A DNA stretch of 64,000 nucleotides from a virus (taxonomy: Duplodnaviria > Caudoviricetes): IMG/VR virus record IMGVR_UViG_2595698868_000001, positions 160,001 to 224,000 of that record; one strand, given 5' to 3'. Shown piece by piece: positions 1-9,529 of this stretch. How positions within the stretch are numbered: the stretch's first letter is position 1; each line of letters begins with the position of its first letter. Made by a program: the position numbers and the translations under genes. Under the pieces are notes generated by a model, which saw nothing but the letters and a program-made list of their open reading frames with translations, was not told where the DNA came from and ran no database searches.

Positions 1-354
1 CAGGTTGTCGCGGACGACCTGTTCGGCGCGATCCTGGGCTTCGACCAGCGTCAGGTTGTGCAGCGTGAACTGCATGCTGATCTCGCCTTCCTTGGCGGCG
101 CCTTCTTCCTCGGTGAACGCGCGGAGATAGCTGCCGACCAGGGCGCCGGCGTCGTTGCGGGTGATGGTCAGCACGCCGCCCAGATAGTCAGCGGTCGCGG
201 ACTTGGCCTTGGTATCGACAGTCCAGGCCGACTGCGAGATGTGCGGCTTCTTGCTGTCGGTAGTCACAGTGGCCTTGCCGTGGATCGGCGCCGGCTTGGC
301 GATCGGCGCGGTTTCGACGGCGACCTCGGCCGCCTTGGTGTCATTGGTGCTCAT
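1..354 (-). CDS. hypothetical protein, runs off left edge
   Basis: ATG at 354 with GAGG RBS just after nadV stop; open to window edge (MSTNDTKAAEVAVET...). Confidence 0.7.
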   Translation of the reverse strand, partial: MSTNDTKAAEVAVETAPIAKPAPIHGKATVTTDSKKPHISQSAWTVDTKAKSATADYLGGVLTITRNDAGALVGSYLRAFTEEEGAAKEGEISMQFTLHNLTLVEAQDRAEQVVRDNL

Positions 355-365
355 GGAGTCCTCGC

Positions 366-1790
366 TTACAGTTGAGCCGCGACGCGTTCGCGGATTTGGT
401 TGAGAGTGTGGGCGTTGATGACCTCGGCGCCGTTATAGCGCGGCTCCAGAAGGTCAGCGATATCTTCGGCGTCATTGACGCGGTTGATGGTGTGGAACTC
501 ACCTTCCTCGTCACGCAGCAGGGCGAATCGGCCGCGCTTCGATTGCTTGCCGGGATCGGTGATCGGGTCCTTGTAGATGTCGACGCGCTCGCCGTTGATC
601 ACCATCTCCGAAGCCTTCATAGCCCAACGATTGGTATCGCGGTCCAGATCGGCGGTCATCAGCCCGCCGCCGGCGGCCGTGATGATGCTGTCCGGGGCGA
701 TGCCCAGCGAGTCGGCGATCTCGAACGGCAGCATGTGCGTGTGTTCGTTCATGCCGTCGCCTTGCAGCACCTTGGCGCCGTACCGAATGACCTCGCGGCC
801 CTTGCTGTTGCGGTCGGTGCCCAAGCCGTCGGCCAGGATTTGGATCACGCGCGGCAGGACGTCGCGCAGTTCGCCAGAGTCCGGACGAGCGACGAACGAG
901 ATGCCCTTGTTGATGATCTCGTTTTGGTGATTGTTGACGGCCTTCTTGACGAACTCGAAGATGTTCCAGGTATCGCCGACGAGGCTCAGGATCGCGCCGG
1001 GATCGGTCGCGGCGATCGAGTTGGCGATGTAGTCGTCATCATTGTCGCGGCCGAACGAGCACGAGATCGAGTGCTCCGACGCCATGACCGAGAAGGCCGA
1101 CATCGGGTGGAAGTAGTAGTAGTTGGCTTCGCGCACCGCCGGGACGTTGTCCGAACCCTGGAAGTGGAACAGGTGAGCAATGCCGCCGATGACCGAATGG
1201 TCGTAGCCCATCGTGCCGCGCGACGAGAAATCAAGCAGAGCGAACGGCGACATCGGATTGTCGCTGTACTTGATCCAGTTGGCGTTGATGCGGCCGGTCA
1301 TCTCGAAGATGCGCGTGGCGATCGTGCAGGCCGTCCACAGGTCACGCAGGATCATCGTTTCGAGATAGCTGGTCAGCCAGGGCAGGCGCGGGTCCAGGTT
1401 CTCGATCGAGAACAGGGCGTTCTTGACCGGCACCACGAGGCCTTCCGGAACCGCCTTGATCAGGACCGGCAACTTGCCGCCGTATTCGTTCAGGATGATC
1501 TCCCAACCATCGCGGTTGAACGGCAGGCCGTGCGCCGGGCAGAACTGCGCGATCTCTTCGATGTTGTCGCGGGTGATCGGCTGGCCCAGCTTGGAATAGA
1601 GCAGACGCTGGAGGCCCGCGAACATGACGCGGCCGTAGCGCCCTCCTCGACTCTCGATGTAGCTGTAGACGGTCGTGGTGCCTTCGCGATAAAGGCGCCA
1701 GTGGCCGAACTTGTAGCTGTCGGTGTCGGCGATCAGGTTATAGGCGAGCGGCGGCAGATAGCCGGGCAGATTATCGTGGTCGATGATCAT
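366..1790 (-). CDS. nadV: nicotinamide phosphoribosyltransferase (NAMPT)
   Basis: motifs DTDSYK, YIESRGG, DFSSRG, SEHS, RPDSG, QGDG, KDPITDPGKQSKRGR; 474 aa. Confidence 0.93.
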   Translation of the reverse strand: MIIDHDNLPGYLPPLAYNLIADTDSYKFGHWRLYREGTTTVYSYIESRGGRYGRVMFAGLQRLLYSKLGQPITRDNIEEIAQFCPAHGLPFNRDGWEIILNEYGGKLPVLIKAVPEGLVVPVKNALFSIENLDPRLPWLTSYLETMILRDLWTACTIATRIFEMTGRINANWIKYSDNPMSPFALLDFSSRGTMGYDHSVIGGIAHLFHFQGSDNVPAVREANYYYFHPMSAFSVMASEHSISCSFGRDNDDDYIANSIAATDPGAILSLVGDTWNIFEFVKKAVNNHQNEIINKGISFVARPDSGELRDVLPRVIQILADGLGTDRNSKGREVIRYGAKVLQGDGMNEHTHMLPFEIADSLGIAPDSIITAAGGGLMTADLDRDTNRWAMKASEMVINGERVDIYKDPITDPGKQSKRGRFALLRDEEGEFHTINRVNDAEDIADLLEPRYNGAEVINAHTLNQIRERVAAQL

Positions 1791-1799
1791 GGGAGACCC

Positions 1800-2972
1800 C
1801 TAGAAGCTGGCGTGATGGGTGAGCATGTAGTCGATGATGTGGGCGTGGTCCTCGAAGGTCTCCTGCGGACGGATTTCCGAAGTGGCCTTCCAGTATGCGT
1901 CCTTGGCGTCATCCATGCCCTGGACCGGCGGGAAGCCCAGGCCGACCGGCAGGTCGAACAAGTAGGCTTCAGTGATCAGGTGACCGCGACGCGAACGGTT
2001 CGGATCGTCGAAGCGCTCGCCTCGGCCCACGAGGTAGCCGATCAGCTTGCGGATCGCTTCGATCACGAAGTCAGGCATCTGAGGTTGCGGTAGGTTGTGC
2101 TGCTCCGCCTTCTTGCAAGCGGCGAGCCACGTGCGCAGGAAGCCCAGGTTCTCCGGCGTGATGAAGAGCCCGGTTTCCTCGATCACTTCGCGGGCCGCGC
2201 CCCACAGCGTCTTCTCGCCGGCGTTGAGGAAGCCGCCCGGCAGGCCGCACATCCCGGTGCCCTCGGGGCCGCCGCGTTCGATCATCAGGATATGGTCGCC
2301 GTAGCGCACGACGCCGTCGACGGTCTGGAACGGTCCCTCGCCCCACTTCTTGCGGTAGGCGATCTCGGCCGCCAACTGCTTCATCAGGTAGGCGTAGACC
2401 GGCTTGTCGCGGAACTTGCGCAGGAAGTCGACCGTGGGTCGCGGCACATCGCGCCAATCGACCTCGTCGCTCCACGAGTCGAAGTCGACGTGGCCCGAGA
2501 AGAAGGCGCGGCGAATAGCGGTCGCATTGGTGCCGCTGTCGGAGACCGGGATATAGTCGTACGCGGGAAACCACGTCAGGTACTCGCTGGTCGCATCGCG
2601 GATGTTGCCGACCAACGAGTAGCGAGGCCGCAGGGCGCTCGACGCCGAACGCATGACCATCTGGACTTGCTCGATCCAGGCCTTCTTGTTGTAAGGCGTG
2701 TCATCGAGCGGAGCGATGCGGATGCGGTGAGCCTCGTCCGGGAAGCGCTCAGCGATACATTGGCGCAGCACTTCCTCACGCTCTTCGAAGGTGAAGGGAT
2801 TGCGGGTGTCACGCGCCACGTTACGCGACCCGATCATCACCTGGACGATCTGCGCCTTCTCCAGACCCTTCTGGATGTTGCGCAAGTGTCCATCCTGGAC
2901 GCCCTGAAGGCGGCCGATGAACCCGGCGACGTCATATTTCATGTCGGTGGAACGGGGTTGAGCGGGCATCAT
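1800..2972 (-). CDS. bifunctional NMN adenylyltransferase / Nudix (ADP-ribose) hydrolase, NadM-Nudix type
   Basis: N-terminal FIGRLQxxxxGH, IGS, RNPFTFEER; Nudix box GGFLNAGEKTLWGAAREVIEETGL; C-terminal FEDHAHII; start 2972 (coupled to upstream stop) or 2942. Confidence 0.9.
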   Translation of the reverse strand: MMPAQPRSTDMKYDVAGFIGRLQGVQDGHLRNIQKGLEKAQIVQVMIGSRNVARDTRNPFTFEEREEVLRQCIAERFPDEAHRIRIAPLDDTPYNKKAWIEQVQMVMRSASSALRPRYSLVGNIRDATSEYLTWFPAYDYIPVSDSGTNATAIRRAFFSGHVDFDSWSDEVDWRDVPRPTVDFLRKFRDKPVYAYLMKQLAAEIAYRKKWGEGPFQTVDGVVRYGDHILMIERGGPEGTGMCGLPGGFLNAGEKTLWGAAREVIEETGLFITPENLGFLRTWLAACKKAEQHNLPQPQMPDFVIEAIRKLIGYLVGRGERFDDPNRSRRGHLITEAYLFDLPVGLGFPPVQGMDDAKDAYWKATSEIRPQETFEDHAHIIDYMLTHHASF

Positions 2973-3283
2973 TCGTCCGTGATTCGGCATTTGCGGCGAG
3001 GTGGTGAGCAGTGGTAGCCGTCGCGGCGACCTGTATAGCTGTAGCCGGTATCCCACTTGCAAAACCCGGCCAGAGTGATCTCAATCAGGCAATCCGCTTC
3101 TTCTTCGATCAGCGGCGAGCCTTCGCGCTTACTGCGGAGCACGGTGGTCAACTCGATCCCTTCACCCAGGACTGCACCATGGAACAGTTGCCGGCGCGCC
3201 CAGGCGATCGCTGCTCCGAAATGGGCGAAGCGCCGCGTACGTTCGTAATCTTCAATGCGTGCGACTTCCGAGGCATCTGCCAT
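2969..3283 (-). CDS. hypothetical protein
   Basis: ORF between promoter at 3427 and NMNAT gene; start uncertain. Confidence 0.55.
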   Translation of the reverse strand: MADASEVARIEDYERTRRFAHFGAAIAWARRQLFHGAVLGEGIELTTVLRSKREGSPLIEEEADCLIEITLAGFCKWDTGYSYTGRRDGYHCSPPRRKCRITDE

Positions 3284-3398
3284 CTGGGGGTCCAGCCACT
3301 TCAAATCGAAGACAGGCCCAAGGGCCTCTTGCTTCGATTGTGCTTTCGACTTCGCCAACGCGGCGTCCCCACTGACTAGGCTGGATAACTTGGAGCGG

Positions 3399-3427
3399 AA
3401 CCTAGATGGCTCGGCGCCGGCTGTCAA
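3399..3427 (-). promoter_or_regulatory. class A sigma70-type promoter
   Basis: GAGAG-TTGACA-17bp-TAGGTT on minus strand. Confidence 0.8.
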
Positions 3428-3476
3428 CTCTCGGCCTCGCCATTTTGGCCGGCATGTCAAAGTTGGTTGCATGATC

Positions 3477-3534
3477 GACCGGAGGTGGGCCGGCGGCAGC
3501 CGGTCACGAGCGCCGCCGAAGGCCAGCGAGTGAT
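3477..3534 (+). repeat. structured dispersed repeat, copy 1 of 3
   Basis: GACCGGAGGT..GCCGGCGGCAGCCGGTCACGAG..CGAGTGAT also at 50796 and 63280. Confidence 0.85.
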
Positions 3535-4301
3535 CACGCGTGATCGAAAACGCGTGCCTCGAAGTTGCTCTCGATCTTCAGCCCCGCCGCCATGGCAAGG
3601 TCGATGATCTCCTCGCTCATGTGACGAGGGAAGTCACGCGAAGCCTGCCTGATTTCCGCAACGGTTCCTGGTCCCACGATCTGGCGGATTTGCCGCTCCA
3701 TCCGATCGAGGTTCTCGAATGTCTCGCACAGGCGGACCATGGTGCGCTCCAGGACACGCTCGGGAGAGACCCAAGAAACACCGTTAGGCAATCGGGGCGA
3801 GTTCTGACCACTGCGCCCATAGACGATGCGTACGTGCCGTCGCGCTTCATTGACCTCGGCGCCGAGGTCTTCGAGCGAGTGGTCCAAGGCCGAGCCGAGA
3901 TGCCAATCGAAGATCATGTCTTCGAGGCGACAGCCGAACTGCCAGAGCATCGCCATCGAGACCAGAAGCGACTTCACATCGGCCTCAGGGAGAGGGCAGT
4001 CTGCTAGACTGAGCAGCGCTTCGGCGCGCTCGAAGGCCGCCGACGCCACTGAAAGCATCCGATTGATCGGGCGCTTCATAGGGTGCAGATCGTCCCAAGC
4101 GTCGTAATTGAAGGGCTTATTCTCCTCGGAACGCAGGTAGGTATCGAACATCTGTTCCTGGTCACGCTTCACTGCGGCGCCGATGATGGATTTGAACATG
4201 GCCGAGTTACCCCAGGCGGACATGGCCTGTGCCGAAATGGCGGCTGCGGTAGACATCGACCCTAAGGCCGCTATCATCTGAGCGTTCTTGGACGTTTTCA
4301 T
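3534..4301 (-). CDS. hypothetical protein
   Basis: 255 aa ORF, overlapping start/stop with upstream gene. Confidence 0.7.
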   Translation of the reverse strand: MKTSKNAQMIAALGSMSTAAAISAQAMSAWGNSAMFKSIIGAAVKRDQEQMFDTYLRSEENKPFNYDAWDDLHPMKRPINRMLSVASAAFERAEALLSLADCPLPEADVKSLLVSMAMLWQFGCRLEDMIFDWHLGSALDHSLEDLGAEVNEARRHVRIVYGRSGQNSPRLPNGVSWVSPERVLERTMVRLCETFENLDRMERQIRQIVGPGTVAEIRQASRDFPRHMSEEIIDLAMAAGLKIESNFEARVFDHA

Positions 4302-4558
4302 CGCACGGCGTGAAGCGGAAGGTTGTTGCTCAGTGGTAGGAAGAAGTCGACCTTGGGCGAAGCTCCACCGGCAATCGCCTTCGTCTCAGCGTCGAAGACC
4401 GAGGTCAGCGCCTCTTCCCGCGTCACGAAGACGCCGGCTGCATGCCCCTTGGCGCGGATCATCTCGGCGAGCAGTTCGCGCGCCATCACCAGCTTCTGAT
4501 CTTCCGTCATCCCCAACAACGTGCGGATATGGTGATCGCGGGCCGACAACTCAGACAT
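4298..4558 (-). CDS. hypothetical protein
   Basis: tiled ORF in minus-strand operon. Confidence 0.65.
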   Translation of the reverse strand: MSELSARDHHIRTLLGMTEDQKLVMARELLAEMIRAKGHAAGVFVTREEALTSVFDAETKAIAGGASPKVDFFLPLSNNLPLHAVR

Positions 4559-4895
4559 GGTGCTCTTTATCCTTGTAGATGATCAGGGCGCTGAGCGTGC
4601 TGTAGAGGCTCAGGAACTGGTCAAGGCTCTCCGTTTCGGCAACCCTGCACATGCCGCCGAAGAACTCGTCGGGTCGGCGTAACTCGGGCCACGTCTCCCA
4701 ATTGATCAGATCACTTTCGGTCACCCGAGAAGCGTCCAAGAAAATCTGGAAGATAGGATCGGTGAACCAGCAGTACGCGACCTGATCACCCTGCTGGATC
4801 GCCAGGATATTTCCGACACGCAAGATGCGGCCGTCCGCGCGCGTCATGTCGCAGCGGTATTCGGCTTCGTAGGAGGTGATCCTGAGGTGGCGCAC
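4551..4895 (-). CDS. hypothetical protein
   Basis: tiled ORF. Confidence 0.65.
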   Translation of the reverse strand: MRHLRITSYEAEYRCDMTRADGRILRVGNILAIQQGDQVAYCWFTDPIFQIFLDASRVTESDLINWETWPELRRPDEFFGGMCRVAETESLDQFLSLYSTLSALIIYKDKEHHV

Positions 4896-4900
4896 CCGAA

Positions 4901-5392
4901 CTAGGCCTTCTTCCAGTTTAGCAGGCGGTAGACGCTGTTGCGCGTGCGGATGATGCCCTTATCGTCGGGGCCAGCGAGGATGTAGCTGGTCGTGATGATC
5001 TCGCCGCGCCGGAAGCGCCCCTTGCGATCCTCGCTGACCAGGACGCCGCGCGCGATGTTGTACTTGTCGACCTTGAAGATCGTCGCGCGATCCAGTTCAC
5101 CGTCGACTTCCAGGGTGAGATCGACGACATGCGGACCCCAAAGGTCGCGCGACGTATAGATCGTCGCCTTGCGGTTCAGGTTGAGACGTTCGATGAACGT
5201 GGGCCACCAGGGTTGCAGGCTGTAGATGAAGTAGAGGTTGTTCACCTCCGTATCGGTCAGCGCGTCGCCCGGTGTGAAATCGATGGACACGTGGTGCCAC
5301 GCGATCGTGTTGTCCTCGTCCGAGAGGAAGGCGCGATATAGGGGCCGTTGGCGGTCGAACGCGGGCGCTTCGGGGCTGGTGTCGTAAGGCAT
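4901..5392 (-). CDS. hypothetical phage protein
   Basis: tiled ORF; C-terminal DRKGRF..G..ITTS...TRNSVYRL resembles a common phage motif. Confidence 0.7.
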   Translation of the reverse strand: MPYDTSPEAPAFDRQRPLYRAFLSDEDNTIAWHHVSIDFTPGDALTDTEVNNLYFIYSLQPWWPTFIERLNLNRKATIYTSRDLWGPHVVDLTLEVDGELDRATIFKVDKYNIARGVLVSEDRKGRFRRGEIITTSYILAGPDDKGIIRTRNSVYRLLNWKKA

Positions 5393-5404
5393 CTTGGTCT
5401 CGAT

Positions 5405-5647
5405 TTAAGGCTTGGGTTTGTACTCGTCCCAGAACTGCGAGGTGTCCATGAACAGGAATCCATGAAGCACCCGCAGCCAGTCATGGACTTCCGACGGCGG
5501 ACCACCTGGAGCCACACCGCCGTAATAGGCGCAGTAGCAAGGTCCGGGGCCTGCTCCGATACAATCCTCACAATCGTAGGATGGCCAGCCCAGCCGATCC
5601 AACCAAAGGAAGATTGCCCAGAAGAGGCGCGAGCGTCGGAAGCCCAT
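5405..5647 (-). CDS. small Cys-containing hypothetical protein
   Basis: CEDC..CYC motif, tiled ORF. Confidence 0.55.
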   Translation of the reverse strand: MGFRRSRLFWAIFLWLDRLGWPSYDCEDCIGAGPGPCYCAYYGGVAPGGPPSEVHDWLRVLHGFLFMDTSQFWDEYKPKP

Positions 5648-5653
5648 CTGCGG

Positions 5654-6076
5654 TTACTCAGGGGAGGCTTCGGCGGCCGGGGCTTCCGGAGCAGCTTCAG
5701 CCGCCTGGGCGCCGCGCCCACGCGGAGCCTTCGCAGCCGGGGCGGCTTCCGCAGCCGGCTTCACATCTTCGGCGACGCCGGCCTGGACTTGATCGACGGC
5801 TTCGATCGCCTCGAAGGCGACTTCGAACGCATCCGGCTTGACGACCGACAGGATGGCCGGCGAGAAGGTCTCGTCCAGCACCAGCCATTCGCCGGCTTCG
5901 GCGTTCTGGGTGACGCCCGACTTGGTCGGCACCAGGAGCACGCCTAGGCTGTCGACGACCGGCGTCTCCCCCGTCGGCGTGAAGACGCGGAACTCTTGCA
6001 GCCATTGGGGCTTCTGGGCGCCGGGCTGGTATTGCCACGCCTTCACGGGCGTGGACTTGCGGCGGTATTCGGTCAT
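5654..6076 (-). CDS. hypothetical phage protein with Ala/Pro-rich tail
   Basis: GGAG RBS; YRRKSTPVKAWQY...AEAGEWLV...VVKPDAFEVAFE. Confidence 0.75.
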   Translation of the reverse strand: MTEYRRKSTPVKAWQYQPGAQKPQWLQEFRVFTPTGETPVVDSLGVLLVPTKSGVTQNAEAGEWLVLDETFSPAILSVVKPDAFEVAFEAIEAVDQVQAGVAEDVKPAAEAAPAAKAPRGRGAQAAEAAPEAPAAEASPE

Positions 6077-6102
6077 GGGAACTCCGTTGTGACCTGAGTG
6101 GA

Positions 6103-7026
6103 TTAGGTAGCCAGAAGCGAAGGCGACTGGATCGTCTGGGCATAGCGTTCGATCGCGCCGGAGATGCGGTCACGAAGCTCCTGCGGTTCGAAACGCCGGG
6201 AGGGTCCGTGCATCTCCAGCAGGCGCATGGCGCCAGTGAGGAGACGCACCCGCATCGCCGCCGAGACGTAGATACCGACGTTGTCGTCGAAGTCGATGAT
6301 CTCGTCGAGGTACATCGGTCCCTGCGGCGAGTTGAATTCGATGCAAGCCTCGATGTTGGCGATGCGATCGGCGACCTTGACCGGCGCCGCCTTGGGCAGG
6401 TCTGCGATTTTCGCGTACTGCTGCTTATTGCGGGCCTTGCGGTTCTGCTTGACGCCGTCGATGTACATCTCGCCAGTGACGGCCCAGACCAAGTCTTCGA
6501 TCTCGTCACCATAGCGGGCGCGAACACGGACGCGGCGCGATACCATCGCTTCGTCTTCCCAGCAGTCCTCTTCCACGTCATGGAGCCAGCCCACGACGAG
6601 GTAGCGCCAGCCGGCATCGAAGTCGCGCAGCACTTGGACGACCTTGCCCAGGTGATAGCCGTGCCGCAACTTACGCGCCTCGTCGTACCATTGCTCACCG
6701 TGGTGCATGACGGCGAAACGGCGCGCGTCTTCGATGATGTGCGTACCGTCGGTGTGATACGTCTCCTGTTCGCCCGTATCCGGATCGATGAAGTACATCA
6801 TCGGCAGGCCGCTGAGACGAATCGGGTGATGCGTCTTGCCCGAGGCGATCGAGAACCAAACCTCGCCGGTACGTGCGACTTCAGCCGCCTCCTCGGGGGT
6901 CAGCTTCCAGCACGAGATGTTCTCGATACCGTTGCCGTGGACGTAGAGAGGCCGCACATGGTCCTCGGTGCCCGGCGCCGGATTGAGCACCTTGTTCCAG
7001 CCGCAGAAGTCGATGGGGTCCGCCAT
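6103..7026 (-). CDS. HD-domain (p)ppGpp hydrolase-like (SpoT/Mesh1 type) fused to an N-terminal ~90-aa phage domain
   Basis: HGEQ..YHL..V, WLHDVEED, VKVADRIAN motifs. Confidence 0.8.
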   Translation of the reverse strand: MADPIDFCGWNKVLNPAPGTEDHVRPLYVHGNGIENISCWKLTPEEAAEVARTGEVWFSIASGKTHHPIRLSGLPMMYFIDPDTGEQETYHTDGTHIIEDARRFAVMHHGEQWYDEARKLRHGYHLGKVVQVLRDFDAGWRYLVVGWLHDVEEDCWEDEAMVSRRVRVRARYGDEIEDLVWAVTGEMYIDGVKQNRKARNKQQYAKIADLPKAAPVKVADRIANIEACIEFNSPQGPMYLDEIIDFDDNVGIYVSAAMRVRLLTGAMRLLEMHGPSRRFEPQELRDRISGAIERYAQTIQSPSLLAT

Positions 7027-7577
7027 CAGAGCGCCTTTCGCATCGCCAGCACCTCGTCCAGGTGCAAAGGCGTGAAGTTAGTCTGCTCGACACAGACGTT
7101 GATGTAGCGTGGGTCCGTCTTGTTCATCAGACGGGGCCAGCGCGGGTGGGGCACCTTCTTGGCGTGGAGATGCCCGTGAACATTCCACCCGAAGCGGTCG
7201 ACTTCCGACGTGTGGATCGGCACGTGCGTCAGAGCCAGTCGGTGTTCTGGCATCACTCGGATGCCGTAGACCTCCTTAAAATACTCCAGGTATTCCGTGG
7301 TCTTGAAGACGTCGTGGTTGCCCCGGATCAGGCGCTTACTGCCGTTGAGGCGGCCGACCAGATGCAGGTTGCGTTTCGTGATGACGATGTCGCCCAGCAG
7401 GTACGCCTTGTCCTGTGGCTTCACCAGGGCGTTCCAGCGGGAGATGATCGCTTCGTTCATCTCATCGGCGTTCGCAAACGGCCGCAGCGGCGTAACGCCG
7501 TCGGGCATCTTGAACTCGGTACAGGTCTTCTCGTGACCCAGATGCAGGTCGGACAGGAACCAGATGTCAGCCGGCAT
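7026..7577 (-). CDS. calcineurin-like metallophosphoesterase
   Basis: SDLHLGH, LLGD, GNHD, THVP, HGHLH motifs. Confidence 0.9.
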   Translation of the reverse strand: MPADIWFLSDLHLGHEKTCTEFKMPDGVTPLRPFANADEMNEAIISRWNALVKPQDKAYLLGDIVITKRNLHLVGRLNGSKRLIRGNHDVFKTTEYLEYFKEVYGIRVMPEHRLALTHVPIHTSEVDRFGWNVHGHLHAKKVPHPRWPRLMNKTDPRYINVCVEQTNFTPLHLDEVLAMRKAL

Positions 7578-7840
7578 CAGTCACCTCCACCGCCGCCATC
7601 GCAGGCTCCGGCATCACCACCACCCGAGCAGGAACTGCCCGAATGACTACCGCCGGACCAGCCGCCATCGGCGAACATGTAGGCCCAGCCACCATCTCCG
7701 CCCGACGATGAGCCGCTTCCGCCACCACGGCGCGCGCCGCGCCGATCATGCTGGTCGTCGAGAGCCTGAAGCTTCGAGACGCCCCAGATGAGGAAAGCAG
7801 CGATCAACAAAACGCCGACAATGATCAAAGGCGTGGGCAT
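7577..7840 (-). CDS. small membrane protein with Gly-rich tail
   Basis: N-terminal hydrophobic helix, GGGGGD C-terminus, GGAG RBS. Confidence 0.7.
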   Translation of the reverse strand: MPTPLIIVGVLLIAAFLIWGVSKLQALDDQHDRRGARRGGGSGSSSGGDGGWAYMFADGGWSGGSHSGSSCSGGGDAGACDGGGGGD

Positions 7841-7854
7841 TGGTTCTCCTTGGG

Positions 7855-8244
7855 CTAGATCAGCCCGAACTTGATCTTTTCGTCGTCCTTGCGCCGGCAG
7901 GCGTCGGGGTCGAGTGCATGGATACGGTTGAGGGTGTCGGTCAGACAGGAGTCGACCGACAAGCCCAGGTTCTCCGCCAGGATCAGCAGACTGATCGCCA
8001 GATCACCCACTTCACCCCTGGTCTCACCGGCCTTCTTGGCGGAGACGTATGCGGCGACGAGGACGAAATCGGCTTCGGTCAAACCTTGGGTCTGGCCCAA
8101 CTCCATCGCCTCCTCTACGAGGCGAAGCGCCTGATAGCGGGAACCGAGGGCACGGTTCCCGTAAGTGTCCAGAGCCCACTGGTAGGCGGTCTCCTGACGC
8201 TTACGAAGCCGATCGTGAACGATCTGCGCTACACCCTCAGACAT
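7855..8244 (-). CDS. MazG-like NTP pyrophosphohydrolase
   Basis: RLVEEAMELGQ ... GEVGDL (EExxE / ExxD pattern). Confidence 0.65.
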   Translation of the reverse strand: MSEGVAQIVHDRLRKRQETAYQWALDTYGNRALGSRYQALRLVEEAMELGQTQGLTEADFVLVAAYVSAKKAGETRGEVGDLAISLLILAENLGLSVDSCLTDTLNRIHALDPDACRRKDDEKIKFGLI

Positions 8245-8268
8245 TACTTCGTCCCCCACAAACGGAGC

Positions 8269-9498
8269 CTAACCCTTGACGCACAACACCTGCTTGAGGG
8301 TGGCGACGATCTCCACCATTTCTTCCTGGGCCGCCATGACGAGTTCGATCGGCTTGTAAGCCTTCGGCGTCTCGTCGATCACGCCTTCGTCCTTGCGGCA
8401 CTCGACGCCCTTCGTGGCTTCGACGTGCTCGTCCAGGGAGACGAGCTTCTTCGCCGCCGAACGCGACATGACGCGGCCGGCGCCGTGGCTGCACGAGCAG
8501 AAGGCGTCAGCGTGGCCCTTGCCGCGCACGATGAACGACTTGGCGCCCATCGAACCCGGAATGATGCCGAGTTCGTCCTTCTGCGCCGACACCGCGCCCT
8601 TGCGGGTCACGAAGATGTCCTCGCCGAAGTGGCGTTCCTTGTTGACGTAGTTGTGGTGACAGTTCACCGCTTCCTTGTCGGTCTTGAACGCCGGCACGAA
8701 CTCCCGGATCGCCTTGAGCACGCGGACCATCATCATGTCGCGGTTCAGGCGCGCGAAGTCTTGCGCCCAGCCCACGGCTTCGATGTAGTCGTCGAAATCC
8801 TGCTCGCCCACTTCGAGCCACGCGAGGTTCTCGTCCTGCGGGCGCACATGGCGCTTTGCCAGGGCGTTCTTCGCCTTCTCGATGAAGTAGTTGCCGATCA
8901 CGTTGCCGACGCCGCGCGATCCCGAGTGCAGCATCACCCACACGTTCGGGTCCGTCGTCCCCTGATCGGTCTGGATGCAGATTTCGATGAAGTGGTTGCC
9001 GCCACCCAGCGACCCGAGTTGGGTCACGTTGTTCGACGTCTCCAAGATCGGATGCTTTTCGCACAGCTTCTTGAACCGCGCCTCCAGCCCAGAATCGATC
9101 CAGGCACGCATGATAGAGTTCGGGATGCCATGACGACCCGGTTCCTGCCACGAACCCTTCGCGCCCGGCCCGCCGTGCGGAACCGCACGTTCGATCGCCG
9201 AACGCATCGCCGCCAAGTTGTCCGGCAGTTGCGAAGCAGTCAGCGTGGTGCGCACAGCCATCATGCCGCAGCCGATGTCGACGCCGACCGCGTACGGGAT
9301 CACCGCATCCTTGGTCGGGATCACCGAACCAACGGCTGCGCCGTACCCGGCGTGGACGTCGGGCATCACCGCGACGTGCTTGAACACGAACGGCAGCCCG
9401 GCGACGTTGTGGGCCTGATCTTCGGCGCCGCGCTCGAAAGGCACACCGTCGACCCAAGCCTTGATTTGCCCGCCGTAGCGGCCGTCGATTTCGAGCAC
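8269..9498 (-). CDS. rtcB: RNA 3'-phosphate/5'-OH ligase RtcB
   Basis: MPDVHAG, VGVDIGCG, LGSLGGGNHFIE, HSGSRG, HHNY, PGSMG, SHGAGR, DETPKAYK. Confidence 0.96.
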   Translation of the reverse strand: MLEIDGRYGGQIKAWVDGVPFERGAEDQAHNVAGLPFVFKHVAVMPDVHAGYGAAVGSVIPTKDAVIPYAVGVDIGCGMMAVRTTLTASQLPDNLAAMRSAIERAVPHGGPGAKGSWQEPGRHGIPNSIMRAWIDSGLEARFKKLCEKHPILETSNNVTQLGSLGGGNHFIEICIQTDQGTTDPNVWVMLHSGSRGVGNVIGNYFIEKAKNALAKRHVRPQDENLAWLEVGEQDFDDYIEAVGWAQDFARLNRDMMMVRVLKAIREFVPAFKTDKEAVNCHHNYVNKERHFGEDIFVTRKGAVSAQKDELGIIPGSMGAKSFIVRGKGHADAFCSCSHGAGRVMSRSAAKKLVSLDEHVEATKGVECRKDEGVIDETPKAYKPIELVMAAQEEMVEIVATLKQVLCVKG

Positions 9499-9510
9499 CG
9501 TTCTCTCCTA

Positions 9511-9527
9511 TGCCAGTCAGACTGGCA
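9511..9527. promoter_or_regulatory. 17-bp palindromic operator (perfect copy) upstream of rtcB
   Basis: TGCCAGTC-A-GACTGGCA adjacent to rtcB RBS; related sites at other promoters. Confidence 0.65.
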
Positions 9528-9529
9528 CT

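Noticed and set aside
3477-3534. Dispersed repeat as a self-cleaving ribozyme or intrinsic terminator
   Set aside because: I could not fit hammerhead, HDV-like or twister cores; there is no U-tract, and orientation does not follow transcription.
3532-3545. 14-bp perfect palindrome GATCACGCGTGATC
   Set aside because: Single occurrence at the junction of a stop codon and repeat copy 1; not conserved at the other copies.
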